64,000 nucleotides of DNA from an uncultured Planctomycetota bacterium (GCA_963845755.1 CAWJTV010000028.1:381814-445813); one strand, 5' to 3'. Shown: positions 51,610 through 63,283, counted from the first letter of the stretch. Notes: generated from the sequence alone by a model not told the origin. Made by a program: numbers and translations.

Positions 51610-54600
51610 TCATTCCCGTGCGTCCAGGATCCGCCGCAGCAGCATCCCGAATTTCTTGTGGCTTACTTCTTGGCCGGGGACGTCCGTGTTCACACGATGG
51701 ACGACCACTAACTTGAGGGCGGGCACAACGACTACGTAATGCCCGCGAGTTCCCCAGGCCCAGAATGTCCCTTCCGGCAAGAAAACCTCCGGCAAGCTCT
51801 TACCGTTCGCTGCCACCCACCACATGTAGCCGTAGCCGCACATACCGGTGTCCGAGTAGGACCGAGTGCTTTCTTCGACCCATTCCTCCGGCACGAGCTG
51901 CCGATCCCGCCAGACTCCCTTTCGGAGGTAGAGCAGCCCGAACCGGGCCAGGTCGCGCGTGAACATCCGCAACGGGTAGCCCGGGTGCCGTGACTCGGGG
52001 CCGCGCTGATAATCCCCGTCCTCGACACGGAAGTCTTCCATCTCCAGCGGATTGGCGATCCGCGCCTCGAACGCCTCGAAGATCTTGGTCCCGGTCCTCT
52101 GCTCGAAAATGGTGCCCAGAGCATTGAAGTCCCAGTTGTTGTAGTACCATTGGCTGCCGGGCGGCTGGCTGCCACGGGGTGGCCGGGTCAATGCCATGTC
52201 CGGGGTTTCGAGTGCCGCCCGGTGGTACACTCCCGAGCGCGACTGGAGCAGGTCCCGAATGGTCGCTCGCTTCTCAGCCGACGTCAGCGCGGGGGGGATG
52301 TCGTCGATGCCAAGATCGGCCAGGGTCTTGTCCAGCCGGATCCGACCCTCCTTGATGGAGATGCCGTACAAAGCGCCCAGAAGGCTCTTCCGCATCGAGT
52401 GCACCATGAACTTGGCCGACACGTCGCCCCAACTGCACAGGACGCGGCTGTCCACGATGACCATCACGGCCGCCGTGTCGATCAAGCCGGCGTACGCCTT
52501 GGCTCGCTCCAGCTTGCGAGATGACCACCCGACCGCCTCGGGCCGGTCCATCACCCCCCAGGATTTGCCGGGGTATGGGTGACGATCAACGGAAGACTTG
52601 TTCACACGACGGTAGTGCCGATTGGCGTAGTCAATCGTACCCTCGGCGAACTGCACCGAGTCACCATCGGCCGTGAAGAACAGGCCGGGCCGGTATTCGA
52701 TCAGCTTCAGCCTGTCGTTCCAGTAGAGATGGCCGTTCTTCAAAGCGAGCCGAACCTCGTCATCCTGACCGTACGCCCGGGCGTGGTAGACACCGAGGAA
52801 GCGCGCCCATTCCGGCTTGTCCGGCCCGGCCGGGTCGCGCGGGGAGTCGTTGGGCAGGAGGAAGCTCACGCCGTTGTCTCCGGGATTCTGGACCTCCCGG
52901 ACTCGGCCTCGGTCGTCGAACAGGAACTCGTAGAGATTGGGGCCGCGGCTGAACCGCGTCGGAGAGTGTGCATCCAGGGGTTCGGTGCGCTTTCCTCGGA
53001 CGACGTGGAGTCGGTCGCCTTCCAGCCGGAAAACGGTCAACTGAGCCCCGACCAAGTAGCTTCCCTCCAACCACCGCAGTTCTTCGGGCTTGGACGTGAT
53101 GATCGGCTCCCGCGTCCAGGGGAGTGGTTCATCCGGAGGTAAGGTCCCCCGCTTGGCGCGGATCATGCCCTCGAGAGCTTGGTCGGCTAGGTCGGCCACA
53201 AAGTTGTCCCCGCCGTCGCCGTTACTCAGAGTGACAACGCCGACTTTGTATTCCTGTACCCAGCGCTGGTCGGTTGAGTAGCCGTAACCGCCACCGCCAT
53301 GGAAGAGGAGCGTGGCACCGTGATACGGTCGGCTGTTGACGCCAAGGCCATACCCCGCTTTTTGTCCGGGTCGAGGAAACTGCGGCGTATACATGGACCT
53401 CAGGGCATCAGCGCTGATTAGGCGTCGGCCTTGGGCGGTCCCGCTCGCCAGGTGGAACGAGATGAACTTCGCCATGTCGAGCGCGGTCGAATACATTCCC
53501 CCCGCGGCGAGCATGGGCACCTCCAGCGGGGGCACCTCCTGCCCCTGGACGTGGCCCCGGGCACGGTGAGCGTATCCGAGCCCTTCGACCTGATCAAATG
53601 TGCTAACCGTCATCCCCAAAGGCTCGAACAACTCCTCGCGCATCAGCCGTGGGAATGGCTTCCCTGCGCGGAGTTGGAGGGCATAGCCGACCAGGTCAAA
53701 TCCTAGCCTGGATTCCCATGGAGGCAGATTGGGCTAACATTTGTTGCCGCATGATTGGAAAAAAGCCCGCGATACTCAGCTTTTCGCCTCGGAACTGGTT
53801 ATGCTCCTCCAAGAGTTAAAGGTGGGTCTCCCACTAAGTTAACTTGATCACCATGGATGATATGTTCGTCGATCGAATCTCACTTCCTCCTGGAAAACAA
53901 GGGGTTCTTGCGACAAATCTATCGAATTCACCACAGTGGATGCATTGAGTTGACACCGTGGATGCTCTTTTTTCAGTTTACGGATCACCTAACATCGAGA
54001 GAGGCGTTTCGATGAGCCGTTTCAAGCCAGAACCACTTGAAATCCAGGGGAAAACCCACTTCGACGAATTTTGCTTCGTTTATGGATTGCGTCGTAGCCT
54101 ACCCCGTTTTTGCCTCCATGGGAATCCAGGCTAGGTTGGAATAACGAAAACGCTCCCCCACTCGGCACTTCAGCCAGGTGTCGAAGATACTCCGGACGTG
54201 CTCGTCGAACGTACAGTGCCAGTCGCCGTAGTTGTTGCCGACCGGCGCCTCGTGACAAAGGCCCGCCCAGTGGCTGAGCAGGTGACGGAACGTGATCCGG
54301 TCCACCTCCGTTTCACCCCAGCGGGAGTGGAAGCCGAACCCGGGCATCGCCTTCTTCAACGGCTCGTCTAGCGTGAATCGTCCCTGATCCATGGCCCTCA
54401 AGAACGCCGTGGCGGTGTAGGTCTTGGAGACCGACTGGAGGCTGAAGGGCGTGTCCGCCGTGATCCGTCTCTTTCCGGATCGGTCCGTGAAACCGAATCC
54501 TCCGGCCCAGATCACGGTCTGGTCATCGACGAGCGCCACCGAAGCGCCCGGGACTTGGTTCTCGGCCATGAGTTTCGGCAGATCGCGCTGCAACCTCTCG

Positions 54601-54752
54601 ATCACTGGGGTGTAATCCGGCTGACCGGGATGCGTGACCGTCGTCGGACCTGGACCGTTCGCCGTGCTCGTACCGTTGCTGAAGGTTGGAGGCAGGCTTG
54701 TCTGACCAAGGCTCAAGATGCAGAACAGGACCGTCGGCACGAGTGGGACCAT
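51610..54752 (-). pseudogene. Two-domain serine hydrolase (beta-lactamase/class C-like), interrupted by a MITE
   Basis: Domain 1: SVSK, YSN, HGG. Domain 2: SMRK, YNN, WG. Removing 53707-54130 plus one CTAG restores an open ~904 aa frame (FRYSNL-GFDLVGYALQ). Confidence 0.92.
53707..54130. mobile_element. Non-autonomous 424 bp MITE sharing ends with the IS1380-like element
   Basis: Both ends read CCTGGATTCCCATGGAGG; CTAG duplicated (53703-53706, 54131-54134); lower-GC interior with no transposase ORF. Confidence 0.93.
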
Positions 54753-54861
54753 GGGATGGGCTCCTGGGGGACTGGCGATGAACTCCCGGCGGAGGCCAGT
54801 ATAGGTCCCGTCGGGCTGCCACGTCTTGCACAGAGCCGAGTCGTTTATCCAGGATTAAGCC

Positions 54862-56350
54862 CAATACCGTTGAAATAGGCGCAAGCCACAGCCTCCTGTT
54901 ACTTTGGGTTTACTCACGACCCAAGCAACACGGAGGCCATGACTCGCATGCCGCACGGACATTGCACGCTGCCGCCCGATGCGTCGGGCCGGATCTTGGA
55001 TCGCTTGGCGGGACTGGAACAGATTATCTCGCCCGAGGCCGTTCGCCAAGTCCTCGCGGCCACCGGTAAAACCAATCAACGACGTTGCACACTGACCCAC
55101 GAGATTGTTTGCTGGGTGGTCCTGGCCATGGGGCTGTTGACCGACTTGCCGATCCGCCAAGTCTTCAAGCATGCACGCCGGCTCCGAGTCGGCGAGGAGA
55201 GTCCCCATCGATCCAGCCTGTGTGTGGCCCGGCAACGCCTGGGCATCGCGCCGGTCCGCCACCTGTTCGAGCACGTCGTTCATCCTCTGGCCCGGCCCGA
55301 TACGCCCGGAGCCTTCTACCGCGGGTTCCGCCTGGTCGGCATCGATGGGACCGTCTACGATGTCCCCGACTCGGAGGCCAACGCCGCGGCCTTCGCGCGC
55401 CCTCGGCCGGGCCGCGCGGCGACGGCGCGTTCCCCCAAGTCCGCAAGCTGAGCCTGGTCGAATTGGGGACCCACATCGAACTGGCCTTCGTGGTCCGGTC
55501 GATCGCCCACGGCGAACCGTCGATGGTCGGCGGCTTGCTCCGCCATCTGACTCCGGAGATGCTCCTGTTGGAGGATCGCGGGTTTTTCAGCTATGACCAC
55601 TGGAAAACGGCGATGTTGCGGGGCGTCCAGCTGTTGGCACGCGTGAAAAGCGGCTTGATCCTCAAGTCGATCCAAAACCTGGCGGATGGCTCGTACCTGG
55701 CCAAGATTTATCGGGGTTGCTACGACCGTCAGATCGATCGGGATGGGATCGTCGTCCGGGTGATCCGCTATACACTGGACGACCCGCAACGAGTCGGACA
55801 CGGTGAAACTCATGTGCTGATCACGAATCTCCTTGACGCGGAGCTTTATCCTGCTGAAGAATTGATTATTCTTTATCACGAGAGATGGGAACAGGAGTTG
55901 GTCTATGATGAGCAAAAGACCCATCATGATCCGCGGCGGGCGACCAAGCCGGCACAGATGCGAAGCGAGACCCCGGCGGGGGTGATCCAGGAGATCTATG
56001 CGCTGTCGCTGGGTCATTTCGTGATCCGAGCCTTGATGGTTGCGGCCGCCGGGACCGTGGGGCTGGACCCGGATCGGCTGTCGTTTCTGGGGTGCTTCCA
56101 GATCCTCAAGTGCCGGTTGCCAGAATGCAACAGCTCGACCCCCGAGGCGTTCGAGGAGTGGTACCAGGGATTGTTGTGGGAGATGCAGGGGGAGCGCACC
56201 GATGACGAAATGCGGAGGAACCGGATCAATCCGCGAGTGATCAAGCGTAAAATGTCCAAGTGGAAAAAGAAACGATCCAAACATCGACACATTCCGCCCT
56301 TGAAGAAAACCTTTGCAGAGACAGTGGTTATGCTTCCTTAAACGGTATTG
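54862..56350 (+). mobile_element. IS4-family insertion sequence (1489 bp)
   Basis: TIRs CAATACCGTT / AACGGTATTG; 10 bp target duplication GGATTAAGCC (54852-54861, 56351-56360). Confidence 0.93.
54939..56341 (+). CDS. IS4-family transposase; frameshift near 55400
   Basis: ARQRLG; LVGIDGT; FPQVR; LLEDRGF; LYHERWEQELVYDEQK (YREK-like); RINPRVIKR. Confidence 0.92.
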
Positions 56351-56353
56351 GGA

Positions 56354-57176
56354 TTAAGCCTCGGGCGTGAACGATTGGCGGTAGGCGGTGGGCGTCAGCC
56401 CGGTGACGGCCTTGAAAACCCGGCAGAAATGGCTCTGATGAGCGAAGCCGGCGTCCAAGGCAATCTCGGCGAGCGGTGTCCCCGTGACAAGTCGGCGGCA
56501 CGCGAACTCGACGCGGAGCCGGCGGACGTACTCGCCTGGTGTAAAGCCTCGGTGTCGGCGGAATGCAGTCGCCAGATGCACGGAGTGGACGCCGACGATG
56601 CGGGCCAACTCCGCGAGTGCCGGAGGGTTCTGGAACCGCGATCGCAGGAGTTCCTCCGCCCGCCGCAACCAGAGCGGAGGCGGACTGATTCCTTTGCCGA
56701 CCGCTTCCCGCGCGGCGTGGGCAACCAACTCGAGCGCCAGGCCGTCGATGACCAGGGGCGAGACGCTGTCCGGCGCCCGAAGTTCCTTGTAGAGCCGGGC
56801 GGCGAGCCAGACCGGCGATCCGCCACAGAAGTCAGCCGGTTGGTCCAGAACCGGCGAGTGTTCGCGAACATGCTGCAGCCAGCACTGCGCCGAATTCGAT
56901 GTGGAGACAGCGTCCGCCGGCACCGGCCCATTGGTCCGAATGGGCCTCCCCCGCCGGGTGCAGCACCAGGTGTGAGGGGAGACGGACTCGGGTCTGGGCG
57001 GCGCAGGTTTCGGTGCATGAGCCCGCAAGCACCAGATAACAGAAGGCACGGTCGTGCGTGTGCGTGGGGATCTTGCACCCCGGCTGATAGGTTGACTCGA
57101 CGAGGAGGATCTCGCCGGTGCGGTAAGACCTGAGCGTCTCACCGTAGAATGAGCCAGGAGAAAGTCGCGGCCACAT
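56354..57176 (-). CDS. AraC family transcriptional regulator (cupin plus HTH); frameshift near 56885
   Basis: THTHDRAF...HPAGEAHSD; LAELARIVGVHSVHL; IALDAGFAHQSHFCRVFK. Confidence 0.92.
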
Positions 57177-57398
57177 GTGTTGTCAGGGTCCTCTTAGGCA
57201 AGGCGACCGGGGCGATAGGGATACGCTCGGTTTGATGAACCATCTCGATCCAAACCCAACGTTCGTGTCAACGAGAGCAAACTAACCCATCACAACCTGA
57301 GGGTCTAGCCTGCTCGCGTTCCTTGCGGGCGCAGGCCTACTGAGCATCCTCCTCTATGTTCGGCGGCCTTCACGATCCACTTGCGGACCTGGCTCGTT

Positions 57399-58426
57399 CC
57401 ACAACGGCGGCCATCTCGCCTTCGGCTCCGACCGGTTCCTCTACATCGGCATGGGCGACACCGGCCCACAGAACGACCCGCGCGGGCACGGCCTGGACCT
57501 CTCTACCGTGCTCGGCAAGATCAGCCGCATCGATGTGGACCGCGCTGAGAAAGGCCGATCGTACGCGATCCCGTCAAACAATCCCTTCCGCAAGAGTCCC
57601 AACGCCCGCCCCGAGGTCTGGGCGCTGGGGTTGCGCGAGCCTTGGTGGTTGAGGATCGATGCGCCGACCGGCGACCTCTGGGTCGGCGACGTCGGCCAGG
57701 GGCTCTACGAGGAGGTGACGATCGCCAGGCAGGGCGAGAACCACGGCTGGAACGGATTCGAGGGGTTCCGATCCTTTACCGACCGCTACGCCAAGGAAGG
57801 CGCCCGCTACGTCCCGCCCGTCTTCGCCTATCACCATCGGGTCGGCTTCTCGGTGACGGGCGGATTCGTCTATCGCGGCAAGAATCCACGTCGTTGGCTT
57901 CGACCGGGGTCTCATCCACCGCATCGACGCGACGGACGCCGACCTGGCCGCTGCGGAACCGGCCCGCGAAGTCGTGCCGACGGCCCGGAGAGAAGCCGCC
58001 TCATGGAGACGGACTGAGGCGCGACCGGCGGCCGAATGGACCTTTGAGGATTTCGACGACGGGGGCTGGGCCGAGGCACCCGGCGGATTCGGGACGCGGG
58101 GAACGCCGGGCGCGACCGTCCGCACCGAATGGCGCTCGTGCGACATCTGGCTCCGACGGAGCGTCGTGCTGCCGGAGGGGGGACGCAAAGGCCCTGGCGC
58201 TATCGGTCCATCACGACGAAGATGCCGAGATCTATCTCAACGGGGTGCTTGCGGCCCGGCTCAGGGGTTCGTGTCCGACTACGAGGATTCCCCGATCTCA
58301 GAGGTGGCCCGCGCTGCGCTGCGGCCCGGGAAGAACGTCCTGGCCATCCATTGCCACCAGACCGGCGGCGGCCAGTACATCGATGTCGGGATCGCCCAGC
58401 AACCGAGGCCGCGGCCAGTTCTGTGA
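57399..58426 (+). pseudogene. Remnant of a PQQ-dependent sugar dehydrogenase-like protein with C-terminal galactose-binding-like domain
   Basis: HNGGHLAFG..LYIGMGD; WALGLREPW; GDVGQ; SVTGGFVYRG. No N-terminus; internal gap with a frame change at ~57888; C-terminal FDDGGW...GGFGTRGTPG...HDEDAEIYLNG. Confidence 0.75.
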
Positions 58427-58564
58427 TGTTCCGGTTCGTAAGACGATCCGTGGGGATAGAGGGCGGCGCGTATGGGGTCAGCCTTACCTGGCAGTAGACC
58501 CAAGCCAGTTCGTGCCGGACCGATGCCCTGTTTCACGGTGCGTCGCAATCTCCGAGGGGTCCGA

Positions 58565-58594
58565 CCTGGATCGAGCCTTCCTGGATCGAGCCTT
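58565..58594. repeat. 15 bp perfect tandem duplication
   Basis: CCTGGATCGAGCCTT x2. Confidence 0.7.
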
Positions 58595-58757
58595 TTCCGT
58601 CAAAAGGAATGATTCCATCTATGGATTCACAAAGAACGGTGTTGGTCGCTTGCCCATCGACAACCTTCCCCAAATAATCATCGCTCAGGTCCTGGTACGC
58701 GATTCAGCGTTCGGGTATCGTGTCCGAATGAGCCGTGACTCATTTTCGCGCGACTTT

Positions 58758-60284
58758 ATGCGCACTTTTGATGTGGTCATCGTTGGCGCAGGGGCGACCG
58801 GTGCGCTGGTGGCGCTGCGGATGGCGGAAAGCGGGTTGACCGTTTCTGTTCTGGAAGCCGGGCCGCGGTTCAGCGGGTATACCGCTTTGCAGAACGCAGA
58901 GGCGAACGCGGGCAAAATCATGTGGTCCGAGCCTCGCAACTTCGTCGGCTCGGACTTCGTGATTCCGAAGGCGGGAACGGGCGTGGGCGGCGGCACGTTG
59001 CCCTGGCTGGGCGTGGCGCCCCGATTCCATCGCGAGGATTTCCGCACGCTCTCCACTGAAGGCGTGGGCGCGGATTGGCCAATCGGTTACGACGATCTGC
59101 GGCCGCACTATGAGAAGGTCGAACGGGAGTTCGGCGTGGCGGGCGAGTGCGGGCCGTTCGCGGCGGAACCCTACGCGCTGCCCATGCCGCCGCACCGCAT
59201 GAACTGGCATGCCCAGGTGCTGGCGCGTGGAGCGCGGAAGCTCGGTGCGCATCCATTCGCGCCGCCCATCGCCATCAACTCGGTGGAGCGGGACGGCCGC
59301 CCGGCGTGCATCTCCTGTGGCTGGTGCGGGTCGGGTTGCCCTACCGAAGCGAAGGCGACCGCCGCCAACACGTATCTGGCGAAAGCCGAGCGGCTTGGTG
59401 CGCGCGTCATCAGCGAGGCGTTCGTCCATCGCGTGAACTACGATAGCGCGAAGAACCGCGTCACGGGCGTGGAGTATCTCGACGCGCAACGCCGCGAGCA
59501 TCGCCTCGAGGCAAAAGTGGTGGTACTCGCGGCCCATGCCATCGAGACGCCGCGGCTCCTGCTGCTGTCCGCGCAAGGCGCGTTCCCCGACGGCCTCGCC
59601 AACTCCAGCGGGCAGGTCGGGAAGAATTTCATGAGCCACCCCACTTGGCAAGTCTTCGGTACTTTCGACGAGCCTGTGAATGCGTTCAAGGGAATGCAGA
59701 TGGGCCATGTTATGGTACAAGACTACTACCGCCCGAATTCGCGAAATGGCTATGCTCGCGGCTTCGTCCTACTCAGCTACATGATGACGCCCATCACGTT
59801 CGGCAATCTGAGCGGCTTGATGTTTGGTCTGGAATTGAAGGATTTCTTGCACGAATACACGCACACGGCCGCGTGGTGGGCGCACGCGGAGGGGTTGCCC
59901 GACGAACGCAACAGGATCACGCTCGATCCGGAACTACGCGACGCGCGCGGCCTGCCTGCCGCGCGCATCGATTACCGATGGGGCGACAACGATGTGAGGC
60001 TCGCCGCCGCCGCCCGCGACAAAGCCGCGGAAATGATGGCGGCATCCGGTGCGCGAAGAGTTCACATCGGCCTGAACTACGGGGCACATGCGATGGGTTC
60101 GTGCCGCATGGGGTGCGACCCAAAGACATCCGTGGTGAACGAGTTTTGCCAGACGCACGACGTGCCCAATCTTTACATCTGCGACACCAGCGTGTTCGTG
60201 ACAAGCGCGGGCGTTAATCCCACGCTCACGGCGATGGCCATCGCCGATCGCGCGGCGGGGCACATGCTCGCCGCCGGGCGGTGA
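58758..60284 (+). CDS. GMC family FAD oxidoreductase with Fe-S cysteine motif
   Basis: DVVIVGAGATG; GVGGGT; CISCGWCGSGC; ETPRLLL; HAMGSCRMG; NPTLT. Confidence 0.95.
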   Translation: MRTFDVVIVGAGATGALVALRMAESGLTVSVLEAGPRFSGYTALQNAEANAGKIMWSEPRNFVGSDFVIPKAGTGVGGGTLPWLGVAPRFHREDFRTLSTEGVGADWPIGYDDLRPHYEKVEREFGVAGECGPFAAEPYALPMPPHRMNWHAQVLARGARKLGAHPFAPPIAINSVERDGRPACISCGWCGSGCPTEAKATAANTYLAKAERLGARVISEAFVHRVNYDSAKNRVTGVEYLDAQRREHRLEAKVVVLAAHAIETPRLLLLSAQGAFPDGLANSSGQVGKNFMSHPTWQVFGTFDEPVNAFKGMQMGHVMVQDYYRPNSRNGYARGFVLLSYMMTPITFGNLSGLMFGLELKDFLHEYTHTAAWWAHAEGLPDERNRITLDPELRDARGLPAARIDYRWGDNDVRLAAAARDKAAEMMAASGARRVHIGLNYGAHAMGSCRMGCDPKTSVVNEFCQTHDVPNLYICDTSVFVTSAGVNPTLTAMAIADRAAGHMLAAGR

Positions 60285-60301
60285 GGCGACCTGGAAGCGA
60301 C

Positions 60302-60712
60302 ATGAACGAACCCTCGATCACACTCGGCGATATCGGCGTGCTCGCGGCCCTGGCGGACGGGATCATTCCGGCCGATGAGCGCAACGCCGGCGCGGGCCTG
60401 GTCCATGCGGGGCCGAGCATTGCCGAGCGCATGCGGCGAAGTCCGTCAGCCTCCGTATACGTCGAGGGCCTGCGGGCGGCGCGCGTCTTCGCGAGTGAGC
60501 GTTTCGGCCACGACGTGCGCGAACTGAACGCCGGTCAGATGCGCGAACTGCTCTCCGCGCTCCGCGATCAGTCGCCCGCGTTCTTCCGCCAATTGCGTGC
60601 GGATGTGTGCGCGCTTTATCTCAGCGACGCGGGCGTGTGGCAACGCATCGGCTTTCCCGGGCCTTCGTCTCAAAGCGGCGGCTACCCGGACTTCGATCAA
60701 CCCCAAGGCTGA
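60302..60712 (+). CDS. Gluconate 2-dehydrogenase subunit 3-like small protein
   Basis: LAALADGIIPAD..GA; FFRQLR; YLSD..WQRIGFPG; adjacent to the GMC gene. Confidence 0.8.
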   Translation: MNEPSITLGDIGVLAALADGIIPADERNAGAGLVHAGPSIAERMRRSPSASVYVEGLRAARVFASERFGHDVRELNAGQMRELLSALRDQSPAFFRQLRADVCALYLSDAGVWQRIGFPGPSSQSGGYPDFDQPQG

Positions 60713-60719
60713 TAGCACG

Positions 60720-62207
60720 ATGAAAACGCTTTCCGGATTACTTCCCACCGCGCGGGCGTTTCTCGCCAAGCCCGCAAAGATGCTCATCGGCGGCCAGTGG
60801 CGCGAGGCGGCCAGCGGCGAGGTCTTGGCCTCCCCCGACCCCGCGACGGGTGAAACGCTCGCGATGTTTCCGGCCGGTGGCCAGGCGGATGCCGACGAAG
60901 CCGTGGGGGCCGCGCGCCGCGCGTTTCCCGCGTGGAAGAAGGTCACGCCTTACGATCGCGGCAGGCTCCTGCAAAAAGCCGCTTCACTCATGGAAAAACA
61001 TGGCGAGGAATTGGCGCAGCTCATCACGATCGAAAACGGTAAGCCGATCGCGGAGGCGAAGCGTGAAGTCAGCACGGCCGTGAGCTGGACGGAGTATTAC
61101 GCGGGCTGGACCACCAAGCTGCTCGGCGACACGATCCCGCTCTCGCTGCCGGGACAGTTCCTGAATTACACCACGCGTGAACCGCTCGGCGTCGTCGCGG
61201 GCATCACGCCGCCGAACTATCCCCTCACCATGCCGCTCTACAAAGCCGTGCCCGCGCTCGCAACCGGGAACACCATCATCATCAAGCCCTCGGAAGATAC
61301 CTCGCTCGTCGCGCTGCGGTTGGGCGAACTTTTCTGCGACGCCGGCCTGCCCGATGGGGTGCTCAACATCGTCACCGGCCTCGGCGAGACCGCGGGGGCA
61401 ACGCTCGCGCACCACGACGACGTGGACAAGATCACGTTCACCGGCAGCACCGAAGTGGGCCGCCTGCTCGTCCGCGCCTCGGCGGGCAACTTGAAAAAGG
61501 TCTCGCTCGAACTCGGCGGCAAATCGCCGAACATCGTCTTTGCCGATGCCGACGTCGAAGCCGCGCTCAAGGGCGTGTTCATGGGCATCTTTTTTTGCCA
61601 GGGCGAAATCTGCTCCGCCGGTTCCCGTCTCTTCGTCGAACGCGGCATCTACGAGGAATTCGTCGAACGCCTTGCGGACATGGCTCGCTCCGTCAAGCTC
61701 GGTCACGGGCTCGACGCAACGACGAAGATGGGGCCACTCGTCTCGAAGGACCAGCAGCGGCGCGTGCTCGACTACGTGCGAATCGGCCGCGAAGAAAAAG
61801 CAACCGTTGTGGCCGGTGGCAACGCCCCGCTCGGCGAACTGCAGACGGGATTCTTCGTGGAGCCGACGGTCTTTGCCGGTGTGGATAACCGAATGCGCAT
61901 CGCCCGGGAGGAAATCTTCGGCCCGGTCGTTTGCGCGATTCCGTTCGACGACCTACCGGACGCCATCGCGAAAGGGAACGACTCGCCGTTCGGCTTGGCG
62001 GCCGGCGTGTGGACACGGGACATCCGAAAAGCCCACCAGGCCGCCGCCGCGCTCGACGCCGGCACGGTGTGGGTGAACTGTTACAATGCGTTCGACAACG
62101 CCTCACCGTGGGGCGGCTTTAAACAAAGCGGTTGGGGTCGCGAAAAGGGACCGTATGGCCTCGACCTCTTCACGCAGATCAAGTCTGTCATCATTAATTT
62201 TACGTAA
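60720..62207 (+). CDS. Aldehyde dehydrogenase
   Basis: IKPSE; FTGSTEVG; LELGGKSP; QGEICSAG; EEIFGPV; WGGFKQSG. Confidence 0.96.
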   Translation: MKTLSGLLPTARAFLAKPAKMLIGGQWREAASGEVLASPDPATGETLAMFPAGGQADADEAVGAARRAFPAWKKVTPYDRGRLLQKAASLMEKHGEELAQLITIENGKPIAEAKREVSTAVSWTEYYAGWTTKLLGDTIPLSLPGQFLNYTTREPLGVVAGITPPNYPLTMPLYKAVPALATGNTIIIKPSEDTSLVALRLGELFCDAGLPDGVLNIVTGLGETAGATLAHHDDVDKITFTGSTEVGRLLVRASAGNLKKVSLELGGKSPNIVFADADVEAALKGVFMGIFFCQGEICSAGSRLFVERGIYEEFVERLADMARSVKLGHGLDATTKMGPLVSKDQQRRVLDYVRIGREEKATVVAGGNAPLGELQTGFFVEPTVFAGVDNRMRIAREEIFGPVVCAIPFDDLPDAIAKGNDSPFGLAAGVWTRDIRKAHQAAAALDAGTVWVNCYNAFDNASPWGGFKQSGWGREKGPYGLDLFTQIKSVIINFT

Positions 62208-62304
62208 CATATTGTGACCGACCGATCGGACGCCTGCAATGGATTGCATGGTGATCAGCGGAACGCTCGGTTGGTACCTGCGCTCGAATGGAAGAGAGGC
62301 GATC

Positions 62305-63283
62305 ATGAGCCGGCGATTCGATGCGACGTCCACGACTGATGAGGTCCTTGAAGGCACGGATCTGCGCAGGATGCGCGTGCTGGTGACCGGAGTGTCGGCC
62401 GGGTTAGGGGTCGAGACGGCCCGGGCTCTCGCCAGGCGCGGCGCCCAGGTCGTGGGCGCGGCCCGCGACCTCGTGAAGGCGGAACGTGCCACGGCCCAGG
62501 TCCTGCGCCGATGCCGAGGTCGGAGGCGGGTCGCTCGAGCTTGTCGAACTCGACCTCGGCTCGCTCGCCAGTATCCGTACCTGTGCCGACGCGTGAAGGG
62601 CGTGCAACGAGCCGTTCGACCTCGTTGTCGCCAATGCGGGCGTGATGGCGACCCCATTCGGTCACACGGCCGACGGCTTCGAGACCCAATTCGGCACCAA
62701 CCATCTCGGCCACTTCTTGCTCGTCAACCGCATCGCACCGCTGATGAGGACGGGCGCGCGGTTAGTCAGCTTGTCGTCGTCGGGCCACCGCTTCGCCGAC
62801 GTCGATCTCGACGATCCGAACTTCGAGCAAACGCCGTACGAACCATTCGTCGGCTACGGCCGCTCCAAGACGGCGAACATCCTGTTCGCAGTCGAGTTCG
62901 ACCGCCGACATCGGTCGCGTGGCGTACGCGCGACGGCCGTCCACCCGGGCGGTATCCAAACCGAACTCGGTCGCCACCTCGATCAAAACTTTTTCCAGGT
63001 GATGATCGATCAGATGAACCGGGACCTCGCGGCCGAGGACAAGCCGCCTTTCCAGTTCAAAACGATTCCGCAGGGAGCGGCGACCTCGGTATGGGCGGGC
63101 GTGGTCGCCGCGGCCGACGAGGTGGGAGGGCGCTATTGCGAGAACTGTCACGTCGGCATGATCGTGCCCGAAGGCAGCAAGATCAGCGCCATCAGCGAGG
63201 GAGTGCGTGGTTACGCGCTCGATATCGAGCGTGCCAAAGCGCTCTGGACGAAGAGCGAAGAAATGGTGGGCGAGCGCTTCTGA
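62305..63283 (+). CDS. SDR oxidoreductase (retinol-dehydrogenase-like); frameshift near 62503 and in-frame TGA near 62594
   Basis: TGVSAGLG; ELDLGSLASIR; NAGVM; QFGTNHLGHF; YGRSK; HPGGI. Confidence 0.88.

Noticed and set aside
51610..54752. Antibiotic-resistance beta-lactamase mobilised by an IS
   Set aside because: The motifs only place it in the broad serine hydrolase family, and the gene is interrupted
57642..58757. N-terminal 372 aa of the 880 aa ORF, suggesting a GMC fusion
   Set aside because: Off-frame read-through of the pseudogene and intergenic DNA; the GMC Rossmann motif starts at 58758
62594..62596. In-frame TGA in the SDR as selenocysteine or recoding
   Set aside because: Non-catalytic position in an error-rich segment; most simply a sequencing error
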